43,136 nucleotides of DNA, from positions 1 through 43,136 of the IMG/VR virus record IMGVR_UViG_3300026484_000486; one strand, written 5' to 3'. The notes below the pieces were generated by a model that was not told the origin of the DNA, did not search any database, and saw only the letters and a program-made list of their open reading frames with translations. Position 1 is the first letter of the stretch, and every line of letters starts with the position of its first letter. A program made the translations under genes and the position numbers. This DNA is from a virus (Duplodnaviria > Caudoviricetes). Shown here piece by piece: positions 34,610 to 42,622 of this stretch.

Positions 34610-35197
34610 TTAAATCCTTTGATAGTTTGATGTGATGTTTATTGGTCGCAGTTGTTGATTGCGTTTTAGATTATCAAGTTCATACTCATACAATTTTAAA
34701 TAATGAGTAGAGAGGTTTCGCTCTTTTGTGTTGCGGGTAGGCTTTTCATGTATTTCACTCATAAACAGAAGTCGCAATGCTTTATACCAACTATTTGGAA
34801 TAGCTACTTCACAATGAAGCGTTTTTATCTCTTCGTTATATCTGTAAACAACAACTGCATTCGTATCTCTTTGTAAAGCAGGATAAAACAGAAGTCTGTC
34901 ATTGTCAAATGTATAAGTAAAATTTTTTGACTCTACATAAAAATGTCCTATGTCTGTGTACGCATATGAAATACCATCTATGCTTAAGCCTATGTTTTGT
35001 GTAGGAGCGTTTGCTAAGTAATATTCACTTGTACCCTTTGGTATAACAAAAGTTTCTTTTTTTATAAAAAAGGGTAGGGCGAACTGCAAAGCGATATAAC
35101 TTCTTTGCAGCTTTACAAATAACTCTTCATCGCTCCAGTGTTGAGACTTCTCCTGAAGTTCCACTCTGGTTTGTATGATAAAGTCATGTGCTCTCAT
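34610..35197 (-). CDS. Putative head-tail adaptor protein
   Basis: R.ELQ....WSDEEL pattern and LLFYP...Y; position after the capsid cluster. Confidence 0.6.
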   Translation of the reverse strand: MRAHDFIIQTRVELQEKSQHWSDEELFVKLQRSYIALQFALPFFIKKETFVIPKGTSEYYLANAPTQNIGLSIDGISYAYTDIGHFYVESKNFTYTFDNDRLLFYPALQRDTNAVVVYRYNEEIKTLHCEVAIPNSWYKALRLLFMSEIHEKPTRNTKERNLSTHYLKLYEYELDNLKRNQQLRPINITSNYQRI

Positions 35198-35199
35198 AA

Positions 35200-35544
35200 T
35201 TACTCACCGTCTCCAGATGCATCATCTGAATCTTTTGTTGCTTCATCTTCACTAATGATTTCCAAAGCAACAGCAAGCTCCTCTTTGAGCTTCTCATTTT
35301 CATCTTGAAGTTGTTCAACTATTTCTGCATTCTCTTTGTCTGCTTTTACAAACTCAATAGCATCAACAGAAACAAACTCGCCAAAGCCTTTATTGACAAG
35401 ATTAAACGCAGTAACTTTGTCAACAATGACAATGTCGCCTTTTTTAAGCGTAGGTTTTGGTCTGGCTAAGGAGGTATTAAATACCTTAGCCTTAGTGCCA
35501 ACATATTTGATAGCTTTGTACGGTTCATAATACACCTTTGCCAT
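35200..35544 (-). CDS. Hypothetical head-associated protein
   Basis: ORF in the head operon with an acidic coiled-coil C-terminus. Confidence 0.6.
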   Translation of the reverse strand: MAKVYYEPYKAIKYVGTKAKVFNTSLARPKPTLKKGDIVIVDKVTAFNLVNKGFGEFVSVDAIEFVKADKENAEIVEQLQDENEKLKEELAVALEIISEDEATKDSDDASGDGE

Positions 35545-35554
35545 AACCTGCCTC

Positions 35555-35956
35555 CTAATATTCTTGTTTTGAAACAGGAAGTTTTGCGTACATTACTGTA
35601 ACAGTAGCTTTACCTGTTGTAGCTACTCCGCCTGTAATATCAACAAGTACAGACATTGTATGGTTTGCTGTAAGTTGACGATTGTTAAAAGCAATACCTT
35701 TAACATCATCAACAATAGTTGCAGGAACAAAACGTGCTACATCGCCCTCAATACCAACACTAATGTTGTTATTATTATTTGTTCCGTCTGTACCATTAAA
35801 GGCTTCATCCACTGTTACATTTGCACCAATAACTCTAAACCCTTCAGGAATACCCATAAAATCATAAGTCTTTCCAACATCACCGGCAACAACATCAAAA
35901 CTGATGAAGCCGCTATCGCGAATCTCACGCTCTTTTCTTTTTACTGTAATAGCCAT
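35555..35956 (-). CDS. Putative capsid decoration/cement protein
   Basis: Beta-rich 133 aa (IPEG...V.V.EAFNG...ISVG...ATTGKATVTVMY) directly after the major capsid gene. Confidence 0.65.
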   Translation of the reverse strand: MAITVKRKEREIRDSGFISFDVVAGDVGKTYDFMGIPEGFRVIGANVTVDEAFNGTDGTNNNNNISVGIEGDVARFVPATIVDDVKGIAFNNRQLTANHTMSVLVDITGGVATTGKATVTVMYAKLPVSKQEY

Positions 35957-35966
35957 AATCTATCTC

Positions 35967-37124
35967 CTAGTTTCCAGTTGATGCAACTACGGCAATAACA
36001 CCATAATCTTTACCATCAAAGATGCTATCCTCTAAGATACCATCATTAGCACTTGCACTGTATTTTGTTTTAGCAAGCCCAAACACGCGGTCAATACCTG
36101 CATTCATACGACGAGGATCATTTTTGTCTTCCCAATCATAATATGCAACGCCCTGATCAACAACAAGACTACAAGAACCTGCACCTACTAACAAGTTAAT
36201 CTCTGTAACTTGTCCATCTTTTCCAGTATATTGTCCAAGATCTGATTTTTTTACATTTCCAAATCCTACAAATTTACTTTTTGAAGTTAAAACACCAGAC
36301 TGACGAGTAGTATCAGTTTTCACATCAAGCAAAAGTACACCATCCCAGAAACCTAATGCACCACTAAAAATAGGGTTTGTTTTCCCTCTCTCAAGAGCAT
36401 CTCTTCTAGCAGCATCCCAGTTGGCATCATTTTTAATATGACGAGCCGAATTTGTTCCAACGAACATTACAAAGTATTCAACCTCTTCATAATAACCCAT
36501 ATTCTCATTTTGAGTCGTACGAACCGGTAAGAGTGGCGGTACTTCATTTCCGGCAGCATCTACACCAAGAAGAGCTCTTCTTTTTGCCTCTTCAACATCA
36601 GCAGTCGTAAGCACATCTGCTGTGGCAATGTTTGCAGTTGCAATGTCTGTATGATGTCCACAAGCTACAATGTTTGTACAATCAGCACTCATCTGTGAAA
36701 AGAAGATTTTATCAAACTTCATTGTTCCCCAGTTAGCAAGAGAGTTTTTAGCACGAGACTTAAAAGTGTTTGCGTTTCTCTGATTTACAATAGGAAGTGT
36801 AGAAGGCACAGCGTGCTGAAATCTATCAACTTTTACAAATTGTTTAATCTTTTTCAGTTCTTCACCACTTGCTGAAAAATCAACGTTTCCAACAGCTCCA
36901 CTCTCGACAAGAGCATCTTCAAGCTCTAAGCCAACCACATTTCCGAGTTCACATGTTTTAAGCACTGTTTTAACGATACTTGTAGTATCTGCTTCACTTG
37001 TTGCGATGAAAGGTTTTACCTTAGAACGCTTTGTTACCTCACGAGTAATCGTTTTACTGTAACCTATTTTTGTATCGGCATCAGATAAAAAATCTTGTGC
37101 TGACAATCCACCAAAAACACTCAT
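35967..37124 (-). CDS. Major capsid protein (N4-gp56/DUF4043-like); probable start at 37124 (MSVFGG)
   Basis: G..GN.DF....E.L, NPIFSGALGFWDGVLL, FGLAKTKY, DGKDYGVIAV; AAGGAA RBS before ATG 37124. Confidence 0.85.
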   Translation of the reverse strand: MSVFGGLSAQDFLSDADTKIGYSKTITREVTKRSKVKPFIATSEADTTSIVKTVLKTCELGNVVGLELEDALVESGAVGNVDFSASGEELKKIKQFVKVDRFQHAVPSTLPIVNQRNANTFKSRAKNSLANWGTMKFDKIFFSQMSADCTNIVACGHHTDIATANIATADVLTTADVEEAKRRALLGVDAAGNEVPPLLPVRTTQNENMGYYEEVEYFVMFVGTNSARHIKNDANWDAARRDALERGKTNPIFSGALGFWDGVLLLDVKTDTTRQSGVLTSKSKFVGFGNVKKSDLGQYTGKDGQVTEINLLVGAGSCSLVVDQGVAYYDWEDKNDPRRMNAGIDRVFGLAKTKYSASANDGILEDSIFDGKDYGVIAVVASTGN

Positions 37125-37174
37125 AATATTTCCTTGTTTTGTTTTCAATGCCATAAAGACATTTTATTTTTTTG

Positions 37175-37251
37175 CCTACCCTAAACTAAGTACAGAAACA
37201 AAGCGACACTTAGGGAAGGCTTCTTTGCAACTGTACTTAGCTTAAAGTAGG
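37175..37251 (-). other. Long RNA stem-loop in the capsid 5' leader
   Basis: Minus-strand CCUACUUUAAGCUAAGUACAG pairs with CUGUACUUAGUUUAGGGUAGG over 21 bp; all three non-Watson-Crick pairs are G-U on the coding strand only. Confidence 0.75.
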
Positions 37252-37269
37252 ACAAACCTACCTCAAGCT

Positions 37270-37497
37270 CTAAATTCCCAGGGCTTTTTTCAAGTCACCG
37301 TCTGCAACGGCTTCCATGCTAACCTCTACACCACGGTTCTCTTTTATCATCGTTTTTGCTTCTGCAAAACGCTCTTTATCTTTTATGATTGTCAAAAACT
37401 TTTTAATAGTACGAACATCATCCTTAATCTCCCACTCACTACGTTTCTTCTTTTCACTTTTCTCTTCTACTGCTTTAACAACCGGTTCTTCTGGCAT
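37270..37497 (-). CDS. Hypothetical protein (75 aa)
   Basis: AAGGAA RBS, between scaffold and capsid. Confidence 0.65.
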   Translation of the reverse strand: MPEEPVVKAVEEKSEKKKRSEWEIKDDVRTIKKFLTIIKDKERFAEAKTMIKENRGVEVSMEAVADGDLKKALGI

Positions 37498-37519
37498 TAC
37501 TTATTCCTTGTTTTAATTT

Positions 37520-38299
37520 TTAAAGACCTAAAGCCTCTTTAAGCTTCTCATCCTCGCCCATCAAATCGGCATCGGTGTCGTTGCTTTTTGTAGGTTCTTT
37601 ACGAACATTGTTAACATTTGGAATATTTGGGGCTTTTACATCTTCAATTTTTGCAGGATGAAGTGAAAGGTATTGCTTGTAAGTATTTTCATACACATCT
37701 TCATAGCTTGAAGAGGATGAGAGTATTTTATTTTGTTGTGATTTACTAAGATCTTCATTGAAGTACTCTACCATTTTTTTATGGTCATAATCAGGATACT
37801 TTGTAGAAACAGAAACAATTGCATTTTGTCGTTCATAAACAGCCTCAAGTTCTTCTTTTTCTTTTTTTAACTCTTCTAAAGCTTCACTCTGAGAGTTTTT
37901 TGCTTCATACTCTCTTGCCTTTTCATTTACAAGTTTCATATAGGCGGATTTATCATCAAACTCTAGTTGTTGTTCTGCTTCACTAAGTTCGTTTTCAATG
38001 TTTGCAAAAAAAGCATCCATATTAACAGTTGATTTTTCAAGTTCTTCTATCTTTACATCAATCTTTGCAATATCTTTTTGAATAGAAATTTGCTCAGGTG
38101 TCACAACCTGCGTCTCAGTTATTTGCTTTTTCTCGACTTTTTCATCATCAGCTTTTTTCTCGTCTTTTTTTGGAGTATCTTCTTTTTTTTCATCCAATAC
38201 TTTTTTATCGTCTTCTTCTACAATATCTTCTTTTGTTTCTCCAAGACCGAGCATATCTTCTAACTGATCCACAACTTCCTCATTTTTTTCATTTCCCAT
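37520..38299 (-). CDS. Putative capsid scaffolding protein
   Basis: Highly acidic, charged coiled coil upstream of the capsid. Confidence 0.7.
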   Translation of the reverse strand: MGNEKNEEVVDQLEDMLGLGETKEDIVEEDDKKVLDEKKEDTPKKDEKKADDEKVEKKQITETQVVTPEQISIQKDIAKIDVKIEELEKSTVNMDAFFANIENELSEAEQQLEFDDKSAYMKLVNEKAREYEAKNSQSEALEELKKEKEELEAVYERQNAIVSVSTKYPDYDHKKMVEYFNEDLSKSQQNKILSSSSSYEDVYENTYKQYLSLHPAKIEDVKAPNIPNVNNVRKEPTKSNDTDADLMGEDEKLKEALGL

Positions 38300-38330
38300 A
38301 ACGTGTCCTTTACTTTTTTATTATGGGAAA

Positions 38331-38379
38331 ATAGTAGCTACTTTTTTTTTATTAACTATACGCTCTAAATAGGAGGTTT
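38331..38379 (-). promoter_or_regulatory. Phage promoter motif copy: TTTAGAGCGTATAGTTAA-N13-GC-TACTAT
   Basis: Shares TTAACTATACGCTCTAAAnAGGAGnTTT with 1872-1899, with identical spacing to the -10. Confidence 0.75.
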
Positions 38380-38384
38380 GTATT

Positions 38385-39545
38385 TTATGAGTACATTGTA
38401 GGAGGAATAACACTGAAATTATTATCGCCTGCCATATTTCCAAGCATACGAAAAACTTCTGGGTTTGCAAACTCTACACCCATATCAGGTATTTTATTCG
38501 TATCTTCAAGACCTAAAAAGCGGACAGTATTCATATTTCCCATTACATTAAACATAACATCTCCTGCACGCGGAGCATCATACAAGCTCCCTCCTGCCAT
38601 CCAAGAGTTAATGTCTCCACTTAAAAGAAGATTTGAAAACCCATTCGTGTCTTGACGAATAGTAGGATTAAATACACTCCCACCTGCATCAAAAGTTGGA
38701 TCAACCATCCAGAAGAAATGTACATCCCATTCACCCTTACTTGCTTCGTTTTGCTTTGCTTTAGCAATCGCATATCTACTGTTATAATCATTAATAGCAT
38801 TAGCATACTGCTTTTGAAACTCGCCGAGCTGTGCCTGCAATGTTTCTATCTCTCTGGAATGGTCTGTATTGTCAATTCGTGAATAGTCTGATGATAAAGC
38901 ATCTGCCATCTCAAGATCATTAATCTGCTCTTCTAAAGAAACAATATTTTGAGCTAATGCATCTATTCCAAGTGTTCCTGCTCCATACAGACCATTGTCA
39001 TGTCCATCTGTGAGCATATTTAAATTTTGTTGTTTAACCTGACTGTTAAAATCTGTATTTGCTTTTAACTCATCTGAATATTCAATTGTTTGTAAATTTT
39101 TTACAAGATTTTCGAATTCAGTATATGCAGGATTATCAATGTAAGAATAAGTTTTTTTACCATATTTTTCAGTATATCCTGTTGCTACTTTTTTCGAATA
39201 AGGATTTATCGCATTTTTTGGATCACCAAATTGCTGTAATATATCATTTGATGAAAATGCACTATGAAATAAATTGCTATTTGTTTTATATCTAATTGTC
39301 CATGTACTTCCATCTAATTTTGTACTCCACCCAGAAAGTTTAGTATCTACTTGTTTAAAATTAGACCAATCTACTTGTGCTTGTGATTTGGCTGCATCAA
39401 CATCAAGATGCGCTTGATATGCAGCTGGACTTGAATATCCATGATTACTACTGTTTATATTATTAAAGATATTAGTATCAACTGTATAGTCGACAGTTAT
39501 AGAACCACCGCCACTGCCACCACCGCCATAAACTAAATCACTCAA
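38385..39545 (-). CDS. Hypothetical virion-associated protein (386 aa)
   Basis: Long ORF with TTG start in the structural operon. Confidence 0.65.
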   Translation of the reverse strand: MSDLVYGGGGSGGGSITVDYTVDTNIFNNINSSNHGYSSPAAYQAHLDVDAAKSQAQVDWSNFKQVDTKLSGWSTKLDGSTWTIRYKTNSNLFHSAFSSNDILQQFGDPKNAINPYSKKVATGYTEKYGKKTYSYIDNPAYTEFENLVKNLQTIEYSDELKANTDFNSQVKQQNLNMLTDGHDNGLYGAGTLGIDALAQNIVSLEEQINDLEMADALSSDYSRIDNTDHSREIETLQAQLGEFQKQYANAINDYNSRYAIAKAKQNEASKGEWDVHFFWMVDPTFDAGGSVFNPTIRQDTNGFSNLLLSGDINSWMAGGSLYDAPRAGDVMFNVMGNMNTVRFLGLEDTNKIPDMGVEFANPEVFRMLGNMAGDNNFSVIPPTMYS

Positions 39546-39548
39546 AAC

Positions 39549-40268
39549 CTATGCCTTTACAATCGTCGTATCTGTAGGATTTGCGCTGACATCAACATTC
39601 AACCCTTTTACCATATTGAAAAATGCACTCCACATGTCCGAACTTATAACAAGCCCACCGGCTCCCATTGTACCTATCATATTCCCATAAGAATTGAGTG
39701 ATTTTATCTTGTTGTTGTAGGTAACAGAAAGCCCAAGCTGTGTTCTTTGCTCATCAACAAAAGCAGTATCTTTTTGTAGCTTAAGCACTTGATTGTCAAT
39801 AAGTATCTTTTGCGCAGCTTTGTTTTTTAAATCCTGCGCAGATTGTGCATCACGAACAGCAGTAGAGCTTGCAATGTCAAGTGCTTTATTCGTTTCTGTA
39901 ACTTTTTGCGCATCAACAAAAGCAGTATCTTTTTGTAGCTTAAGCACTTGATTGTCAATAAGTATCTTTTGCGCAGCTTTGTTTTTCAAATCCTGATCAG
40001 ACTGTGCATCACGAACAGCAGTAGAGCTTGCAATGTCAAGTGCTTTATTCGTTTCTGTAACTTTTTGTAAATCTAAAATTTCTATTCTTTTTAACACTTC
40101 CAATGCACCGATGCTCTCGCGCATTGCAGCAGCTATAATGCTTGCACTTGCAGCAGCTATCTGTTCATCTTCCATTTGTGTCTCTTTTTGAAGAGATTTC
40201 AGATTATCAAGCCCTTTTGTTAAAAACTCGTCATATATTATACTGAGATCTGTTGTTGTAATTGCCAT
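39549..40268 (-). CDS. Virion protein with a 53-aa internal duplication
   Basis: Two near-identical 159-bp units at 39752-39910 and 39911-40067. Confidence 0.7.
   Translation of the reverse strand: MAITTTDLSIIYDEFLTKGLDNLKSLQKETQMEDEQIAAASASIIAAAMRESIGALEVLKRIEILDLQKVTETNKALDIASSTAVRDAQSDQDLKNKAAQKILIDNQVLKLQKDTAFVDAQKVTETNKALDIASSTAVRDAQSAQDLKNKAAQKILIDNQVLKLQKDTAFVDEQRTQLGLSVTYNNKIKSLNSYGNMIGTMGAGGLVISSDMWSAFFNMVKGLNVDVSANPTDTTIVKA
39752..40067. repeat. 159-bp tandem duplication (2 copies)
   Basis: Directly visible; only a few substitutions. Confidence 0.93.
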
Positions 40269-40717
40269 TATTTAGCTCCTGCTGTTGTTTTTGTTGTATC
40301 TGTCTGAGTTCCACTTCCATCTTCTGTATCTGCAATTGTACTATCGACATAATCATGTGCATGTGTGCTATATTCTTCACTGCTAAGTGTTCCATCACTA
40401 TTAAATACAATTGAAAATATTGCAGCAATAGTATCTATCTTCTGATTAATAAGTGCAATATCAGTATCATTAGAATCTATACGACCACTTAAATTTGAAA
40501 TATCAGTATCATTGGAATCTATACGATCACTTAAATTTGAAATATCAGTATCATTAGAATCTATACGACCACTCAAAACTGCTATATCATTATCATTAGA
40601 GTCTATTCTGTCACTCAAATCTCCAACTGTTGTGCTGTTGAGCTTATCTATAAGAGCTTGCAGAGTAGCAGCTTTCCCCATTGCAACTGCCCCAAGATTT
40701 GAGTTTGCATCAGTCAT
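40268..40717 (-). CDS. Heptad-repeat coiled-coil protein (tail needle/fibre-like); probable start at 40717
   Basis: LS(G/D)RIDSNDTDISN x4; GAGGT RBS before ATG 40717. Confidence 0.6.
   Translation of the reverse strand: MTDANSNLGAVAMGKAATLQALIDKLNSTTVGDLSDRIDSNDNDIAVLSGRIDSNDTDISNLSDRIDSNDTDISNLSGRIDSNDTDIALINQKIDTIAAIFSIVFNSDGTLSSEEYSTHAHDYVDSTIADTEDGSGTQTDTTKTTAGAK
40457..40624. repeat. 42-bp tandem repeat, 4 units
   Basis: AATATCAGTATCATTRGAATCTATACGAYCACTYAAATTTGA-like units. Confidence 0.9.
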
Positions 40718-41123
40718 TTTTAACAACCTCACGTAATCTGTCACTTAGCTCTCTTGCTCTTCTTGGAGAATCGCTTCTTGCCCACTTACTGTCAAGCATC
40801 TCTTCACTTGCCTTTTTAAATTCCCAATCTTCTAAATACCTCCATGTATTCTTAAATTTCAATACACCGACAACACCCATTTGATACGACATCTCATACA
40901 AAACTTCTTGCACAGGATTAGGAAGAGAAACAATAAAAGGCTTTGCATCTTGAAGATGTTTTATCTTTTGCTTTAATCTATGCTCAAGTATCATTGAACA
41001 CTCTTGTTTGGAAAGTGGCATCTTAGTACCATACCCTACAGTATCAAAACCAAGTGAATCTTTATATACATGATCCACAAACCCTTCATGCTCTTTTATG
41101 CTTTTTACAATAGTATCAATCAT
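40710..41123 (-). CDS. Endolysin, GH24/T4-lysozyme-like muramidase
   Basis: IKEHEGF...YKDSLGFDTVGYG (E-x8-D-x5-T triad), M.YQMGV.GVLKFK, EMLDSKWA..P.RA. Confidence 0.92.
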   Translation of the reverse strand: MIDTIVKSIKEHEGFVDHVYKDSLGFDTVGYGTKMPLSKQECSMILEHRLKQKIKHLQDAKPFIVSLPNPVQEVLYEMSYQMGVVGVLKFKNTWRYLEDWEFKKASEEMLDSKWARSDSPRRARELSDRLREVVKND

Positions 41124-41356
41124 TTACAAATCTCCTCATTATGCTTCATCTCTACAATGCACTCAAGCATTGCACTTATTACTTCTGTATCAGTTCGCCT
41201 ACTAAAAGTACAATTAGTATCAGGTATAATGCACTTAACAGGGACATTAACCCGATATGGTTTATCCACATACTTAATAGTTGGTTTTGTGCTACAATTT
41301 GTCATAGTCAATATGACGAATAGCATCAATAGTGTTTTTAATATCTTTACAATCAT
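41120..41356 (-). CDS. o-spanin (Rz1-like lipoprotein)
   Basis: Lipobox-like LTMTNC after a signal peptide; Pro/Cys-rich; overlaps the i-spanin. Confidence 0.75.
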   Translation of the reverse strand: MIVKILKTLLMLFVILTMTNCSTKPTIKYVDKPYRVNVPVKCIIPDTNCTFSRRTDTEVISAMLECIVEMKHNEEICK

Positions 41357-41678
41357 TACTTTTTACCTCCCTGATTTTAGTTATTATCTTATACTTAATA
41401 CTAGGCGGCTTTGCTCTCCATTCTAATAACTTCTTTTTTGCTAAACTCTCGTTAATTCTTGCATCTTCTATTTCCTTACTTTGAACATCTAAAATATTTT
41501 TATATCTCTCACTTTGTAGTTTGAGATTAGCTGCTTCCATATAGCTATCTTTTAGCGTATTTTGTAGATTGTCTATTTGTAGTTTTAGCAAATGAATATA
41601 AAAATATAAGCCTAATATTAAAGTAAAAACTATGCTACCTATAATCAAGTTTTTATATATATTTAATTGAGCAAACAT
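41292..41678 (-). CDS. i-spanin (Rz-like)
   Basis: N-terminal TM plus periplasmic coiled coil, late Cys. Confidence 0.75.
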   Translation of the reverse strand: MFAQLNIYKNLIIGSIVFTLILGLYFYIHLLKLQIDNLQNTLKDSYMEAANLKLQSERYKNILDVQSKEIEDARINESLAKKKLLEWRAKPPSIKYKIITKIREVKSNDCKDIKNTIDAIRHIDYDKL

Positions 41679-41881
41679 TATTCTTCTACCTTAGTCTCAA
41701 AATGCGATTTAATTACAAAAGTTAATGCCCCAAATACTGAGCCATAAATAGCACTAGTAGCAATTTCTCCTATATCTTTAATCTTATTAGCATATTCAGG
41801 TTGTATTAGTTCATAAGCCAAATACATAAAATAACCCAATACAATATACCTTGCTAATAACTTGATATCATTTTTTTTCAT
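41678..41881 (-). CDS. Putative holin (2 TM)
   Basis: 67 aa, two hydrophobic segments, charged C-terminus, in the lysis cassette. Confidence 0.6.
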   Translation of the reverse strand: MKKNDIKLLARYIVLGYFMYLAYELIQPEYANKIKDIGEIATSAIYGSVFGALTFVIKSHFETKVEE

Positions 41882-42288
41882 TGTTGTTTCCTACCTACTG
41901 AGGTATAAGTAGAGATAGTATCGAGAAAATCGTCGAGCTTTCCCTCCATCTTCTCTACTTTTTGATTTGTATTTTTTGCAACTAATTCTAGATTCCTAAG
42001 ATGTAGCTCTAATTCCAACTTAGACACAAATTTCGCCTCTGCTTTTCCCATGTCCAAGTGAGTAGCTGTGTTTTGCTCTAGCACTACAATACGCTCAACA
42101 TTAGCGTCTGTTTTCTTAAACTGTGCATTAAGCTTTCTGTCTAAATCTTTTGCGTTTGAACTACTTTCAGTTACATGTTTTTCCATATCTTCTTCGAGCC
42201 GCTCAACTCTGCTTCTTAATACTGCATATGTGCCGATAATTCCAACAATAGCTATGGCAATGTTTACCATCCAACTCTCTAAATTCAT
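41878..42288 (-). CDS. Single-TM coiled-coil protein (holin/antiholin-like)
   Basis: N-terminal TM (WMVNIAIAIVGIIGTYAVL) then coiled coil. Confidence 0.55.
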   Translation of the reverse strand: MNLESWMVNIAIAIVGIIGTYAVLRSRVERLEEDMEKHVTESSSNAKDLDRKLNAQFKKTDANVERIVVLEQNTATHLDMGKAEAKFVSKLELELHLRNLELVAKNTNQKVEKMEGKLDDFLDTISTYTSVGRKQQ

Positions 42289-42620
42289 ATTAACTCTTTC
42301 ATTGTTTTTTGTTTCCCATAGTTAAAGTACTTCTTACCAAATATCCTAACTGCCTTGTAGTAGGTGTAAGCCCACGCTGAATAATACATACGCTTAAATC
42401 TACCATCTTCATTCATTATGTCAAGCGTCATATACTTGTAAAAAGTTTTATCAGCCGTTTTTCTGTCTTCTTCCGTGCCGCCTCTCCAATAGCAGAAATC
42501 ATGCTGATTGCAGGATGCGTGAAAAAGGAACTCAGGAGGATTAACAAACCCTCCTTTTGCCCCACATCCATTACAGATTCGCTTCTTTTGTTTAGGTGTT
42601 AAATCTCTATAATGTAACAT
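42285..42620 (-). CDS. Phospholipase A2-like / DUF1353-like small phage protein
   Basis: CNGCG...ASCNQHDFCY...RKTAD..F matches the CxxHDxCY...AD motif. Confidence 0.6.
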   Translation of the reverse strand: MLHYRDLTPKQKKRICNGCGAKGGFVNPPEFLFHASCNQHDFCYWRGGTEEDRKTADKTFYKYMTLDIMNEDGRFKRMYYSAWAYTYYKAVRIFGKKYFNYGKQKTMKELI

Positions 42621-42622
42621 TT

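Noticed and set aside
20571-36000. Numerous 60-190 aa plus-strand ORFs opposite the structural genes
   Set aside because: Antisense shadows of long minus-strand genes, with Ser/Phe/Leu-biased composition and no motifs.
39752-40067. 159-bp repeat as a DGR TR/VR pair
   Set aside because: Tandem, in frame, inside one gene, and no RT is present.
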